Assembly: GCA_012295275.1 (NCBI GenBank)
Contig: CM022665.1
Span: forward strand, 19,840,001 to 19,904,000
Reading direction: 5' to 3'
Length of the DNA stretch: 64,000 nucleotides
Source: Chrysomallon squamiferum
Taxonomy: Eukaryota; Animalia; Mollusca
In this document: positions 1 through 29,213 of the stretch, piece by piece
How positions within the stretch are numbered: position 1 is the first letter of the stretch
Layout: each line of letters opens with the position of its first letter
Program-made: the position numbers and the translations under genes
The notes under the pieces: model-generated
What the model saw: the letters and a program-made list of their open reading frames with translations, nothing else
Told to the model about the DNA's origin: nothing
Database searches by the model: none

Positions 1-122
1 AAACGAGGCAAAAAACGGATGTCTTTGAAGTCAAGTTACGTTTTTTATCGCAACGATTTCGGTAGACTTCAAACGGTAACCGTAGACATAAACGAATTAA
101 TTCAGTGGATATCGTTTATGTT

Positions 123-258
123 GGAATAGAGATTTATATTTTATATTTTTTAAATAAAATCTTTGCATAAAAATAAAATAATAATATATATTTTTTTTAA
201 ATCGCCAATTACGGTATGAGGCATTTGCGTCATTTGTTTCAGTGCAGTTACGGCCATG
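123..258 (+). repeat. Dispersed repeat fragment (probable TE end), second copy at ~47028-47159
   Basis: ggaatagagatttatattt...aataaaatcttt...cggtatga-gcattt...g-agtta-ggccatg is shared between the two loci. Confidence 0.6.
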
Positions 259-1213
259 TTTTGATATATTTTATAATGACCGGAGTCCACAAAGAGCATT
301 TATCTTGTTTGTTAATAATCAACATTTTAAATATATCTTATTCTTTAGTCATTTTGATATGCCGCTCTTATACTTTTCTTGTAACTACCGGTGTAATATC
401 TTGTACAGTTCTTGCTCTGAAAAGCTTCGATTCTTAAACAGAAACGATTAAAGGGAGATAACCTCACAGAGTTATAAAACTCATGGATTAAACAAAGAAC
501 ACTGACAGATTATGTAGTAGTAACAGCAGCTATTTCTCTATGCAGTATCTTTAATTGATGTTATTGTTATCGTCATCATCATCATTATCATAATCGTCTT
601 CATTACAGCTCGTTGTTTAGTTTACATTAGTATTGTTCTTGGTGTTGTTTCTACTGCTGCTGCTGCTACTACAACTACTACTGCTACTACAACAACTACT
701 ACTACTACTATTATACTATTATTGTTGTTGTTGTTGTTCGTCTTCTTTTTCTTCTTATTATTCTTCTTCTTATTATTATTGCTGTTATTATTATTACAGA
801 GCTGACTAAGGTGCGGAAAACGTCTCAGATTGACAGATGTATAGAAAGGACACTTCACGTTTCTCCTCTCGATTCTCGAACTTCAGCGCGAGATGACAGA
901 GAATACAATCTATCACGCGGTTATAGTCACGTGATTACTGCGCCCCTGTACAGCTGCTGTGGTGTAATCGGTTCTAGCTGCAATTTACCGCAACCAGTCT
1001 GCAATCTTTTCAGTAATTACTGTTCGTGTAGTTTTCTTCCTGTGTCCTCTTCGCAGTATCATCCGATGACGCCATTAGACTATCACGTCATTGAATTAAC
1101 ACATGAACAAATGCTAGGGACCATGGTCACTGATATAAACACGTGACGTCATACACAAATTGAGACCAGACATACGAACCATACACAAACATGCCTCTGT
1201 GAGGTGTTGTGTG

Positions 1214-1256
<43 letters not shown>

Positions 1257-2770
1257 CACATGTATGATGCAAATATGCACAGTTTGAGATACGTATGTTC
1301 AAATAAATATGCACATAGTTTTAAGTATAAAAACTGATAACTGTACCAATGTATGTCATTGTTTACTGTTGTTCATTTTTGTACTTCACTGTTTGAAGGG
1401 ATCATCTTCACATTTCTATTTTAATAAAATTTACGATGTTGATAAATGTGAACTGTTTAACAGTTTAAATAAAACATTTTTAATTATAACGCCTGGCACA
1501 GTCATCTTTTCAATATGTTATGAGATAAAAGATAGCCATTGCTGAAAACAGTTTGAAAATAAATATGAAAACGGGTATATGTAAAGGGTATGGAAAGACG
1601 TTGATCGACTGACATAATTACTTGGATTTCCTTATATTTATGGGAATAAATGAATTTTTGTATTATGAAGATATTATATACTGATGTATGAAGCACTGAT
1701 GTATGAATGTATATTATTTTGATGTGTAAAGGTGTTATGTATTGATAAATGAAGTATAAAGTGTTTGATGTATTGACTAGTAGAGGATATAACATAGCAA
1801 TGTTTAAAGGTTTTGATGTAGGCCAATGACTCGTGATAGGATTAGATGCACTGAATTATAGAGAACGTGACACAGTGAGGTTAAAGGGTATGAAGTTTAT
1901 CAAACGTATAAAAGGTTTAGAGATTATTACAGTATGTATAACGTTAGACTGAAGTCTTATAAATCTCTGTTTTATAATGTCAGTCGTTCATAACAGTCGT
2001 ATTATCCGATATATCAGAAACCAAATAAAATGTATTTCAAAGCCTTACTCAGTTTGTTTCGAGTTATACGTCACGGCAGCCTGTAATCTATAACGTAGAC
2101 AGTAACATAACGTAGACTATAATGACGTAGCCTCTAATGTTTGTCGTAGTTCTGCAATGAATAAGGTAGACGATGATGTACAACGTAGACTAATTTCTAA
2201 CGTGAACTTTAAAATGTAGCCTAATGTATATCGTAGCCTGTAATGTACAACACGATACCAGGTCGTTTTAAAAACATGATACACCACCAAGTCCTTGTTC
2301 TGGTAAACTCGAGAGATTCACACGTCACAGCCGCTTCACATTTCAACTCGGCACTTAACACAGATCCTGGCATTCCTCAGCCAGGCACCGGTAAGTAAAC
2401 ATTTCGACTTTCCTACTCACCTAGATTACAGAACTCTAACCGTTACTACGTACAGCCGGCCACAGCAGCGAGGGCATTGTACAGAGTGTAGTATATATAT
2501 ATAAGCGTGATTTGCGTGATTTATACGTTGTTTTCAGCTAGTATTGCTTTTACAACTGTACGTGGGCGTTCGATTATCATAAATCTGTTTATTTAGCCTT
2601 GCAAAGACGTAGTAAAGAATTTTGTTAAATTTTGTATGTGTACCTGCAGGTAGGTGAGATAGATAGATTGTTAGACAAATAGCTAGATAGATACATAGAC
2701 AGACAGAAAGACATACAGATAGACAGGGAGATAGAATAATAGACTATAAACATTGATATATGTATATCTA

Positions 2771-2844
<74 letters not shown>

Positions 2845-3568
2845 TATATATATATATACATACATGCATACATACATACATATATACAAACATACATACA
2901 TATATATATACAAAGTATGTTTTCTAATAATCTCACTGAAAATAAAGCTTTAAATGTAAAATAACCAGTAATAATTATGTGAAAACAAAATATTTCATGT
3001 CTGTACATTAATTAGTTATACAAGTATAATATTCAAAAGCAGTTACACGACGAAAGCAGAACGAAATAGGAATGCCTATTTGATAGCACATTATTATCTT
3101 ATAATTATTACTGGCGTCGAAAGAGCAAAGTCCAAGATTTTCTGAAATTCAATCTCATTTCTCCATATTTACACGATAAAAATAGGTCAGACTATTAAAT
3201 AACTTTTCGTTTCTTTATATTCTCTTCCGTAAGTTATAGTTTTACGAACGCTTGTTCTAACTCGGATTGTAGTTAGAAGAATTTAATTATAAAACATGAT
3301 TTGAAATATACCTGGTTGCTTGAAAATAAAACGTGGTTAACAAATTACAGCATAGTTAAAAAAAAATAAAAATAATAATTACAACTAGATAATAAACATT
3401 CAGCAGATTTTAATTAGCTGACAAAGAGTATTAGCGATGACGTCTCCACTGTTTTCTTAACAATTAAATCAGATCTGTTCGCGAAACTAAGACTGAAACT
3501 AACACTGTGAGAACAATGAGAATATCAGTTTCACTTGTTGTGCTCTGTTTTCAGTCGACTTCCCCACG

Positions 3569-3644
3569 ATGCGGATTCCGAGCAGTTTCATTCTCTCTGT
3601 CTCACTAATCTGTCTAACAGGTAAAACAAATCACATCTTTGTAA

Positions 3645-3734
<90 letters not shown>

Positions 3735-4353
3735 CACATTCTGCGTGGGTTTGTATCTCTCTGCCTATCTTTTTCTTTATACTATCTGTAAAAAAACAAC
3801 ATAGAAACACACAAACACATACCAATAAACACATTCACTTACACACATACACACACAGAGAAAACACACACGCATACACACACACACAAACCTACATAAT
3901 CATACATAACACTCTGTATTCCAGTGATCGTCGTCGAGACTGTTCCTGTAAAGAGAAGCAAGAGAACTATTCTACAGATGTGTGGCTTGATCCGCTTCTA
4001 CACAAACAGAAGCTGTCTTGAGTACAACAATTACGGTTGTTTCTGTGGACTTGGTAACGCTGGACGTAAACCGCTCGATACGATTGACGCGTAAGTCGAC
4101 TGCATTCGTCTTGTCACTGACACAAATCTAAATATCAGTTAGTCGACTACTCATACATCAAGAATTGGAATAGAGATATTTCTACATACAGTTATTTATA
4201 CTGAGAATGGTGTATATACAGATATTTATATAGAAAATGGTGTGTATATAGATATTTATAAATACAGTGATATAAATGAAGTATGTATAATAACAGTAAT
4301 ATATACATGTGTATGTATTTATGTATGTATTTATGTATGTATTTGTATGTCTG

Positions 4354-4387
<34 letters not shown>

Positions 4388-5972
4388 TGTATGTATGTAT
4401 GTATGTATGTATGTATGTATTAATATGCTTAACACTGTATTACAGATGCTGCTGGCGTCATGACTATTGTTACGGATTGGTGGATTGTTTCTGGATGTAT
4501 CCACAGTGGGTGGGTTACAACATCCAGTGTGACGAGTCGGGCTGTCAGTGTACAGGTCAGCTTTTACTAAGACTGAGATCTGCGAAGATTTTCTATTTTT
4601 AACATATGTAAAGATTCTCTCGCTTTCGTTGTTTCTGTGAACAATATTTGGTCAATCATATTATTATTATTATTATTATTATTATTACTAATATTATTAA
4701 TATCATTATTACTACTATTATTCTACTATTATAACAGTTATTATTATTGTTGTTGTTGTTATTATTATTATTATTTCAGATTCTATGGAAAGCAGTCCAT
4801 GCGCCAGAACGACGTGTGAGTGCGATGTTCGCTTTGCCTCTTGTCTCACAGAAGGCCAATTCCACGACCACTACAGCAACTACGACAGAGTGTTGTGTGC
4901 TCAGCAACCGTGGCAGGAACACACTGAAGACGATAACGTAGATGATGAAGCATTTTCGACAACGGCCACTATGATGTCACAACAGGGAGAAACTACAACA
5001 GAAACCCAGCATCAGTCGGTACCTACGTCAAGTGAAAGATACCAAACAGGAAGCATGTCAGAAATCTATGACAACAATTCACGGTCACGGCTGGAAGGAC
5101 AAGTGGGAAATGTGTCAGATACAGAAAATAACGATTCACGATCACGGTTGGAAGGACAAGAAATGGGAAATAACAATTCACGATCAGATACAGAAAATAA
5201 CAATTCACGATCACGGTTGGAAGCACAGACAAGAAATGTATCAGATACAGAAAATAACAATTCACGATCACGGTTGGAAGCACAGACAAGAAATGTATCA
5301 GATACAGAAAATAACAATTCACGATCACGGTTGGAAGGACAAGCGGGAAATGTATCAGATACAGAAGACAATTCACGGTCGCGGATGGAAGCACAGAAAA
5401 GGAATGTATCAGATATGGAAGATAATAATTCATGGTCAAGGTTGGAAGAACAAAGAGGAAATGTATCAGATACAGAAAATCACAATGCACGGTCACGGTT
5501 GGAAGAACAAACGAGAAATGTTTCAGATATAGAAGATAACAGTTCACGGTCACGATTGGAAGAACAATCAAGGAATGTTTCCCCCTCAGATGATAATAAT
5601 TTACGGTCACGGTTGGAAGGACAAAGAGAAAATATATCAGATACAGAAGATATGGAAGATAATTCAAGGTCGCAATTAGAAGAACACACAGGAAATATAT
5701 CTGAAATACGTGACGTCAACTCACCACCTGAACAACGAAGAGGAAACGAATCTGAAAGTTATGATAATAATTCACGATGGTGGCTGGGTGGAAATGTGTT
5801 AGAAGTAAATCAAACGGATCCACAGTTTGAAAATCAGTTTGAATCTGCACCAGAGAATAATTCACGTACCATGGCGGTTGAGCGAACCAGAACCGAGTCA
5901 GAGGAAAACAGTTTCCAGGTTAATGAACAGATGAGGACAGTATCGGAAGGAAATGAAGACAATATACCATAG
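3569..5972 (+). CDS. Secreted phospholipase A2 (group I/II/V/X-like fold) with signal peptide, KRSKR propeptide and a ~350-aa repetitive acidic C-terminal tail; ~506 aa
   Basis: Exons 3569-3620, 3925-4090, 4446-4555, 4780-5972, all GT-AG and phase-consistent (1521 nt). Translation: [82 protein letters not shown]...CARTTCECDVRFASC. It has the Ca2+ loop (YGCxCGxG), catalytic HD and the CECD aspartate. Confidence 0.9.
3649..3731. repeat. (CT)n microsatellite; many other (TA)n, (CA)n, (TATG)n, (AAT)n tracts occur across the window
   Basis: About 41 CT units in PLA2 intron 1. Confidence 0.95.
5060..5720 (+). repeat. Coding tandem repeat, 57-nt/19-aa unit (NVSDTENNNSRSRLEAQTR), about 11 degenerate copies
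   Basis: A period of 57 is visible directly (aagcacagac at 5221 and 5278); lies in the last PLA2 exon. Confidence 0.9.
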
Positions 5973-7259
5973 ATACGACGCGTTGAATAACAGAAAGCCG
6001 CACATCGAAACAGGGATGAAAGAGAAACACTGAGAGAAAGTCGTAATTTTTCCATCTTCCATTTTAAAGCAGTTGCTCGACAATGTTCGGAATTGTCCGT
6101 GATTTACATTATATGCCTGTGAACCATACAAACTCAGTAACGGTATCGAAATGAAGTGTATTAGAAACATAAATATAATTCAGTAGCTACTTAATCCTAA
6201 ACTGTATGTCCGGGTGACACGATTACGTAAGGACAACGACACAGGAACAGAAAAAGAAACATTTTATAATCTCCGCCCATCTTTATTTATACTACTATTT
6301 ACATTATAAATATTTATAACAGACTCCATTTATACTGATAATGAAGAGAACAAACCACGTCATTTATTTGTCAATAATGTAGAGAAGAATCATACGTCAT
6401 TTATGTTTATATGAAACTTACATGTCATTGGTTTATTTTGATATTGAACAGCACAAAATGTATTGATAATGAAAAAAAAATATATTTATTTATGTCGATA
6501 GTGAAGACAATTTAAATGTACTGATAATGAAATTTGTGTATTTATTTGTGTTGATACTGAAGATAATAATCGTAACGTGTTGATAATGAAGTCTGCCCTT
6601 CTCATTTCATTACGCTTGAAAATGCGTGAAAATTTGTTCTGCAGATGAAAAAAAGAAAAAAAAGATAGAAAGAAAAAAAGAAAAAAAACAGAACAAAAAC
6701 AACACAATAACAATAACAACAGTAATAAAATTAAAAATTAAAAATTAACGGATTTATAGTAGATTAATTGAAGTTGCCATTAGAAATGCCGCTGCTTGTA
6801 CATGAAATAGAACTCGAGAGGAAACGAGGCCTGGTTTCAATTAATGACTGTTTTATTCTCACATACAGTTTGATGCCGGTGATTAAAGATATTTAACATT
6901 TTAAACCCCTTTTATAGCACAAGAAGTATTTACAATACCTGTTTTGTTATTTTTTAATGCATAATTTTTACTTGTTTTAAAGTAATAAAGTCTATAATTT
7001 ATTTCTTGCTTCATTGTATTGTTATAATAATAATTATTATTCATTTATTCAAATATTTTTGAATTTGAGGGCATTGGTTTTACTATAAAATATTACTAAA
7101 AACCACAATATTCAGCATAAAATGAAATCAAGAATTTTATTCACAAAAGCTGTAAAAAATACAATAATATACTTTAATATCTTAACACAATCAACTAAGA
7201 TTTACACAATACACCAATGAATTTTCTTTCATTATCACCTTAATACTAATAGTAGTAGT

Positions 7260-7311
<52 letters not shown>

Positions 7312-10300
7312 TCACACAAAATTTAAAAAGTGCAGTTTAATAAATATTTAATTTGTAGACTGATTTTATAAATATAAAAATTTATTTGAATGCTGTATTT
7401 TAATATTAAACATAATTTAATACTCCATTTTCATCAGAAATGCAAAAAAATATTTTAAATAAATACTCAATATAAGATTTTAAATGGAACAGTTCAATAT
7501 ATGTTAAATACAGAGATACTCGTTATAATATTTTAAATAGACTCAGTAGATCATTTAATATAGATAATACAATATTTCAAATGTATATTCAAAAATATTT
7601 TAAATAGATATTAAACAGACTTAAACAGAAAGTCAATACTAACTTAAACATACTCAGGATCATTTTAAACAGATATTTGATATAACATTTTAAACAAATA
7701 TGCGATAGCGATAGATTGTTTTAAACAGATAAGATTTTAATATTTGATAATTAAAATAATACAATGCAGTAGACCAAATACTTTGTTAAATCTGTGTAGA
7801 GTTGTTGTGAATATCATTTATCAGGTCACATATACAGTTACTGCTACAATTTAGTCATGATTTCAAATGTTTCAGAAACTTTATTTTAAATATTTTAGTT
7901 CAGATACATCCAGGTATTACTTCAACAGAAACAATAGAAAAAATAGTTTTATAGCATTTACTGAAGTATACCGACACACAAACAACCATCTAGAACAGAT
8001 ATGTTAAAATTTATTTTTATATATTATTTTAAAAACACATTAAACTCACTGACACAAAAATGAAGTCTGAAAGCACCATGAAGAAATGACAACTCGAAAA
8101 AACAAGGGAGCTAACTCTTGTACAACATGGTTCATAACTACAGACAACACTTTAAACAACATCTCAACTTTAGTAATATACTCAAAAGTTTTTATATCAA
8201 TTTTACTTGTACATCATTTTATACAAGTTTTGTTTATATATCATTTTACTTATATTTCACTGTAATACAAATTTTACTTAAATACTAGGTTGAAAAAATC
8301 TGACATAAATTACTAGAACATTTTAAAACCAATTTTGCTTATATAAACAGTTATCATTTTAATACAAATGTTTACTTAGTTTAATATAAACTGTACTTGT
8401 ATAGCATTTTAATACAAATTAATTAATGTGTTTAACACTGCATAACAAAAGGCTTATTTTAAAAATATGAAGTTCTAACTGGTCATTGTTATACTTTAAT
8501 ACTTCACTTTTAGATCAGTGTAACATTTTACTTATACACTGTTATAATATTCTGTTTAGTTATATATTGGTAGTTAATAAATTTTACTTCAAAGCTGGTG
8601 TTAAGTTAAAAAAAATGGGTTGGTCCCATAAACTGAAAACCTGGCCTTTTGTTTTTGTTGGGTTCTTTTAAGTAAAGAAGAAAAATCAAACAGAGGCTAA
8701 GATAGCAAATAAAAATAAAAATATTAATAAATTTCCACACAAAGTATTAAACGTTATGATAACATACACAGATTATAGGTAACATCTACTACTGAGATAA
8801 TTATTAGTGTCACATTTAATAACATTATTATAACAGTTACATTTTATATTTAACATCTACTAGTGAGATAACTGATTTGTAACGTGTGAGCACAGTTAAT
8901 AATTTAAAACATTATTAAAATCTACAAGTATGGCACACATTGTATGCTATTTCTTTACCAGTTTCTCTGTTGCTAATATTGTATCAACTTAAGTCTTTTT
9001 CCATTTCCCCTTATCCATCTATGTCACAATGTATCTATAACGTCACCGTCTGGATTTCAGCTTTGTCTCTCTTGCCACATTTACAAACCTTTCAGAGACA
9101 CTTCATTAACAGATGAGCAAGTGAAAGAATGAACAAGAAAACAGAAATTTTCACTGAACTTGCCATGAAAAAAAAAAAAAAAAAAAAAATGTATTTGTAT
9201 GACCAATAAGTTCACTACAGCAGATTAAAAGAATGTCACTAAAACATTTTGTTGTAAAGACAATTTAATAAAAGTATTTTCATTAAAACCTTAAAACCTG
9301 ACTTGTATTTAAAACCTGACTTGTATATAAAACCATGAAAAGTTTCTCTGTGTGTTTTGTTTCATGCACACAGTGACTGATAAAACACTTTCACACATCA
9401 CCAGTATGTGGCTTCAACATGATCATTCCAGTATGACTTCACTTTTATCATTCTAACAGAATCATTCCAGTATGACGATTTCACCATGACTACACTACAA
9501 ACATTTCATTATGATTTTACCAGAATTATGATTTTATGAAAATGTAAGAAGGATGATTTCAATGTGATGACTGATGCAAGATTTTTGAACATCACTTAAA
9601 AGGAAGATTGTAAATTAAAAAACACAAAAATACCTGGAATGTGTTGTTTTTTTTAAAAACAGCTTAACTTACATGTCCCCACAAATATCACTTTTACATA
9701 AATTTAAAAGTGATGTTTGACACAGGAAGGTGGGAAGTACACAAAGATAACTACTAGAAACAGTCACTGATTCAATCTCTCATTATTCTCTAACAAACAC
9801 TGTCACCAGTTTTCACCTTTCTATCTTGTACAATCACAACTGACTGTTTGAAATAATTGTGTTTGATTTTTCTTTTCTGATTAATTAGAAAAATAAATTA
9901 ACTGAATCTGTTTTGAAACTTTAATGTCTTAATGTCTCACTCTGCTTACTTTATCTCTTGAAAACACAGCAACAGACAGTTTGAATGCTAATTATTAACT
10001 GATTATGTCAGTACAATGATGAAAGCTAGTGGTAGTTACAGACACTTTAAATAAATAAATAATAGTGGTCTACACAAAAACAACACAGTTATCACAAAAC
10101 TGATTTAAAAAAGCAGAACAGTTTACAACACACTCATGTGTGGTCATTTGATGAATGGTCAGTTTTCAAACAAGTGCACAGTCATCTAAATAATCACCTA
10201 GTAAGTAGTTAGTTGTTTAAGTATTAATCCATTGCCTGACAAATTCCTATACCTCTATGGTCAACTGTCCTGTCAAAAAACGGGTTCCCATAAAAAACCA

Positions 10301-10490
10301 CTACTGACAACAGGACTGATTTAATAGAAGTACATTGGTTAGGCTAGTAGAATAAATTACTAATGTTATAAAGACCCACAATGTTCAGATCAGGAATTAC
10401 TGATGACACATACAACTGGTCACTACTATGTCCAGTGACCATGTTACATTGGCACATAGACTTGGTCCACTCTGACCACTGACCACTCAG

Positions 10491-25817
<15,327 letters not shown>

Positions 25818-26031
25818 TGGGCAGTGCCCGAAATAATTTGAGGAAATTAACCCTCAAATATTCCAAAGCAATCATTACACTACCTTCCTTTTTAACATGA
25901 AATTGTTGAATAATTTATATATCTCTAAACCTGTTCACCACATTACATTTTTCGTTGTCTATCATTAGATAATATGTTTTCCTCAACAAATTTTATCACC
26001 AAGACCTTTTGTTGATTATAATGATGTAGTG

Positions 26032-26042
26032 ACGCATGCGCA
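26032..26042. promoter_or_regulatory. NRF1-like site (ACGCATGCGCA) in the ~830-bp divergent ZDHHC/TMEM242 intergenic promoter
   Basis: Near-perfect match to the NRF1 palindrome GCGCATGCGC in otherwise very AT-rich DNA between the two start codons. Confidence 0.5.
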
Positions 26043-26648
26043 CTGCGAAGTGTTTAATAGTTTCGTATAAAAAATAATAGTTTAATAAATTATAGTGTTA
26101 GACTATGTTTCAAACTCACTTTTAATATAATAAATAGTTTATCCATTAGTTAATTATTTTTCTTTATTATCACGTTTTGTGATTACTCATGCTCTCATAT
26201 AAAAGGATCTCATACGAGTTTCAATGGGATAGCATTAATGCCATAAATACTTATTTCTTCCAATTGAAAAATATATCCATACATGCATAAAAATTGTATG
26301 AATATATTCCATTACTGAAAAAGAAAGAAAACAAAGAGTCTTATATATTATTTTATTAAATTTATTTCTAACTCCTCATTAGTGAGAGGGTGAAGAAATG
26401 AAAACAAATTAGTAATAGAATGCTTATTTTACGACATGGAATCAAGAATATTTTACCTAAATCAGTAAATGATATCTAAAAAATATGTTTAATAAATTAT
26501 CTCTTCGTTATACCAAAGATAAGACTTAATGATAAAGTGTCGCAACAGATGAAAATAGTAGTGTCATTTACTCGAAATTGGAAAATTGTTTTTGAATATA
26601 TGTCAGGGAATTTGACTTTAATGGTCTTCCGTATTTCAGGAAGGCAAC

Positions 26649-29213
26649 ATGCTCCCCGAAGGTGGAAGTGATTCCGTAAATGAAGATGAAAATAATTCTT
26701 CTTCTAAATTAGCAGGTTATTTGAAATATTCATCAAATTTATATTCTAATCTTACAGCTATTCTTTTTTTGTTATGCAGTATTTGTCATATCATCGTTTA
26801 TCGTGTAATTTTGTTAGTACAATTCGTCCCAAGATCATCATGTTACTAACGAAATCAGCCCCCAATGATTGAAAGAAATATAGCTTATTTAGTTAATATC
26901 GATATAAAATATTGAAACATATTTATTTTTATATTTATATCTGATAATATAACAGAAAAATAAATTAATTATATAAACTTTATCATATAAATTTTTCTTC
27001 CTATTTATATATATATATGATAACTTTATAAAGCACACTAAACAACAACAAAAACAAAACAAAGAAAAAAAAAAAAAAAAAAAAAAAAAAAAACAAGAAC
27101 AAAATATGGCTATTGAAATGTTACATAGAACAGTATGTAGTTATTGTCAGTAATTAACCACATTTCAGTATTTTGTAAGTTATTATCATAATGTACACAG
27201 TCTGATATTTCATTGCAACTTTGCATTATTATTACTGTATTTTTAATATAATACAAATATTTATCTGTGATTTTTGCTGTCTATAACTTCTTTTTATTTA
27301 TCTATTTTCTTGACTTTTGACTTTTAATTCCCCCCCCCCAGGTGGAATCTTCCTGGCTGTTGTTGCAGGTGTTTCAGTACTTGGAGGGTTTGGCATGACA
27401 CTGGCCATGGCCAAGAAAAGAGATCCAAACATGTTTACCAGGGTTTGTCAGTTTTATTAAAAATTAACACATAAATTCATTATTATTATTGATGTTGTTA
27501 CCATTATTTCAATATTTGTCAGTTTTATAAATGCATTATAAATATTTGTCACCCTCATATTAACATTTGTGAATGTAAATACAAATAATAATTGATATTT
27601 CATCAGTTTTATAATAACCCCTAACTGCTTCTGAAAATTTATAAATTATTTTAAATATTAAAAATTAATACTGAATTCAGTTATTATTGTTGTTGTTATT
27701 AGTATTATTTCAGAGTTTGTTACTTTTATTAATACATTATAAATATTTGTCACTCTTATTTTAACATTTGTGAATGTAAATACAAATGATAACTGATATT
27801 TCATCACTGAACATTTTTATAACTTCTCACTGCTTCATAACGTATCAGATTCTTAAAATTTATAAATGATTTTAATTATTAAAAATTAGCAACTGAATTT
27901 ATTATTATTGTTGTTATTATTTTATTATTATTATTAGTTGTTATTATTGTTATTGTTATTATAATGTTATTATTATTATTATTATTACTTCAGGGTTTGG
28001 TTGCTAGCAGGGAGATACCAGACAGTGGGGCATCGCTTGCTCTCAGAGCTCTGGGGTGGGGCACAGTCTGGTCAGTTGGTGGAGTGAGTTTTCTCAGTCT
28101 GGTTGTGTGGAAATCACTCGGTGTTCACAGTGTAAGTAAAAAAAATTCATTTGCAGATTGTTACTATTTTTACCTATCATCAAGTATAATGCACTATTAG
28201 TGATATTTCTAGTACACTAACTGACTTTAGTTTATCAAAATGTTACCTCTTTTTGTGAAGTACATCAGAAATATAACCAGTGCACAGAGTACAATTTCCT
28301 TAATTATGTCACATTACTGTTACTTCAAAATTGGCTGATTTCTAACTTACTGTTTTATAATCATTCAAATTACTTACTATAACACATATGTGATTGCTCA
28401 CTAGCATATTAAGATTTGAGAACAGTTTAATACCTGATTATTTTCATGATGGAAATGGGTTTTAGTAACTTGGGGTACATTAAGGTCTGTAAGACTAGTA
28501 ACAAATTAAAATGGATAAATGAATCTTATAGCAAAATTGTGCTATAGCAACACTATACAAAGTATTGCAAGACAACCATAACCATCTGTTAGCTTGTCAA
28601 CATTTCCCCCATGTAAAGCTGTTAATTCACTAAAGAAAAATTGTATTTTTGGCTTTTGATAAAATGATGTATGTATTTGCTTGTGAAAACTGAGTAAAAT
28701 GTGAAAGAATAATTATAGAAAATAAACAAGTTAATTTTAATTACTGGAAACATGACATGAGACAGCTCATAAACCTCTCTCACTCTGTACTAGTAAAGAA
28801 ATTAGATACAACCCCAAACAAAAAAGCAGGGGAATAGCAACCCCCCTCAATATTTATCTCTGCATGTTTGTTATATGGCTTGGTGCTTGTGGATAGCCGA
28901 GGAAAGTTCTGTAAAAAAAGAAAAGTTTTAGGGCTTTATTTAGATACACCTGATGTGATACGGTTTGTGTGTTTATTTGTGTGTGCTTGTGTGTCAATGC
29001 ATGTTACATATATATGGATGGTATTTAGATGTATATGTTGCAAGGTGTATACAATCATTTTTGTTTGTTTGTTTTTATCAGATGAAGGAATTCAGAGAGA
29101 AGATGCAGAACTTGATGCCAAAAATTCCAAAGAAAGAACCACAGGGTCGGAGTGATTTTAAAACATTTCGTGAACTGTTTGAGTACATTTCTCAACAAGA
29201 CAAGAAATCTTAG
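26649..29213 (+). CDS. TMEM242: Transmembrane protein 242 (mitochondrial ATP synthase c-ring assembly factor); 145 aa
   Basis: Exons 26649-26715, 27342-27442, 27994-28131, 29082-29213 (438 nt). GGIFLAVVAG...LAMAKKRDP...DSGASLALRALGWG...VWKSLGVHSMKEFREKMQ matches the TMEM242 family. Confidence 0.93.

Noticed and set aside
926-1151. E-box (GTCACGTGAT) and CRE (TGACGTCA) palindromes upstream of PLA2
   Set aside because: Short motifs 2.4 kb from the ATG with no further support for function.
622-3008. Several 60-130 aa ORFs (poly-N/V, YI/CM repeats)
   Set aside because: Translations of microsatellites; most short ORFs in the track across the window are of this kind.
5023-5719. Long overlapping ORFs in other frames and on the antisense strand across the PLA2 tail
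   Set aside because: A by-product of a 57-nt (multiple of 3) repeat lacking stops in several frames; no independent splice or homology support.
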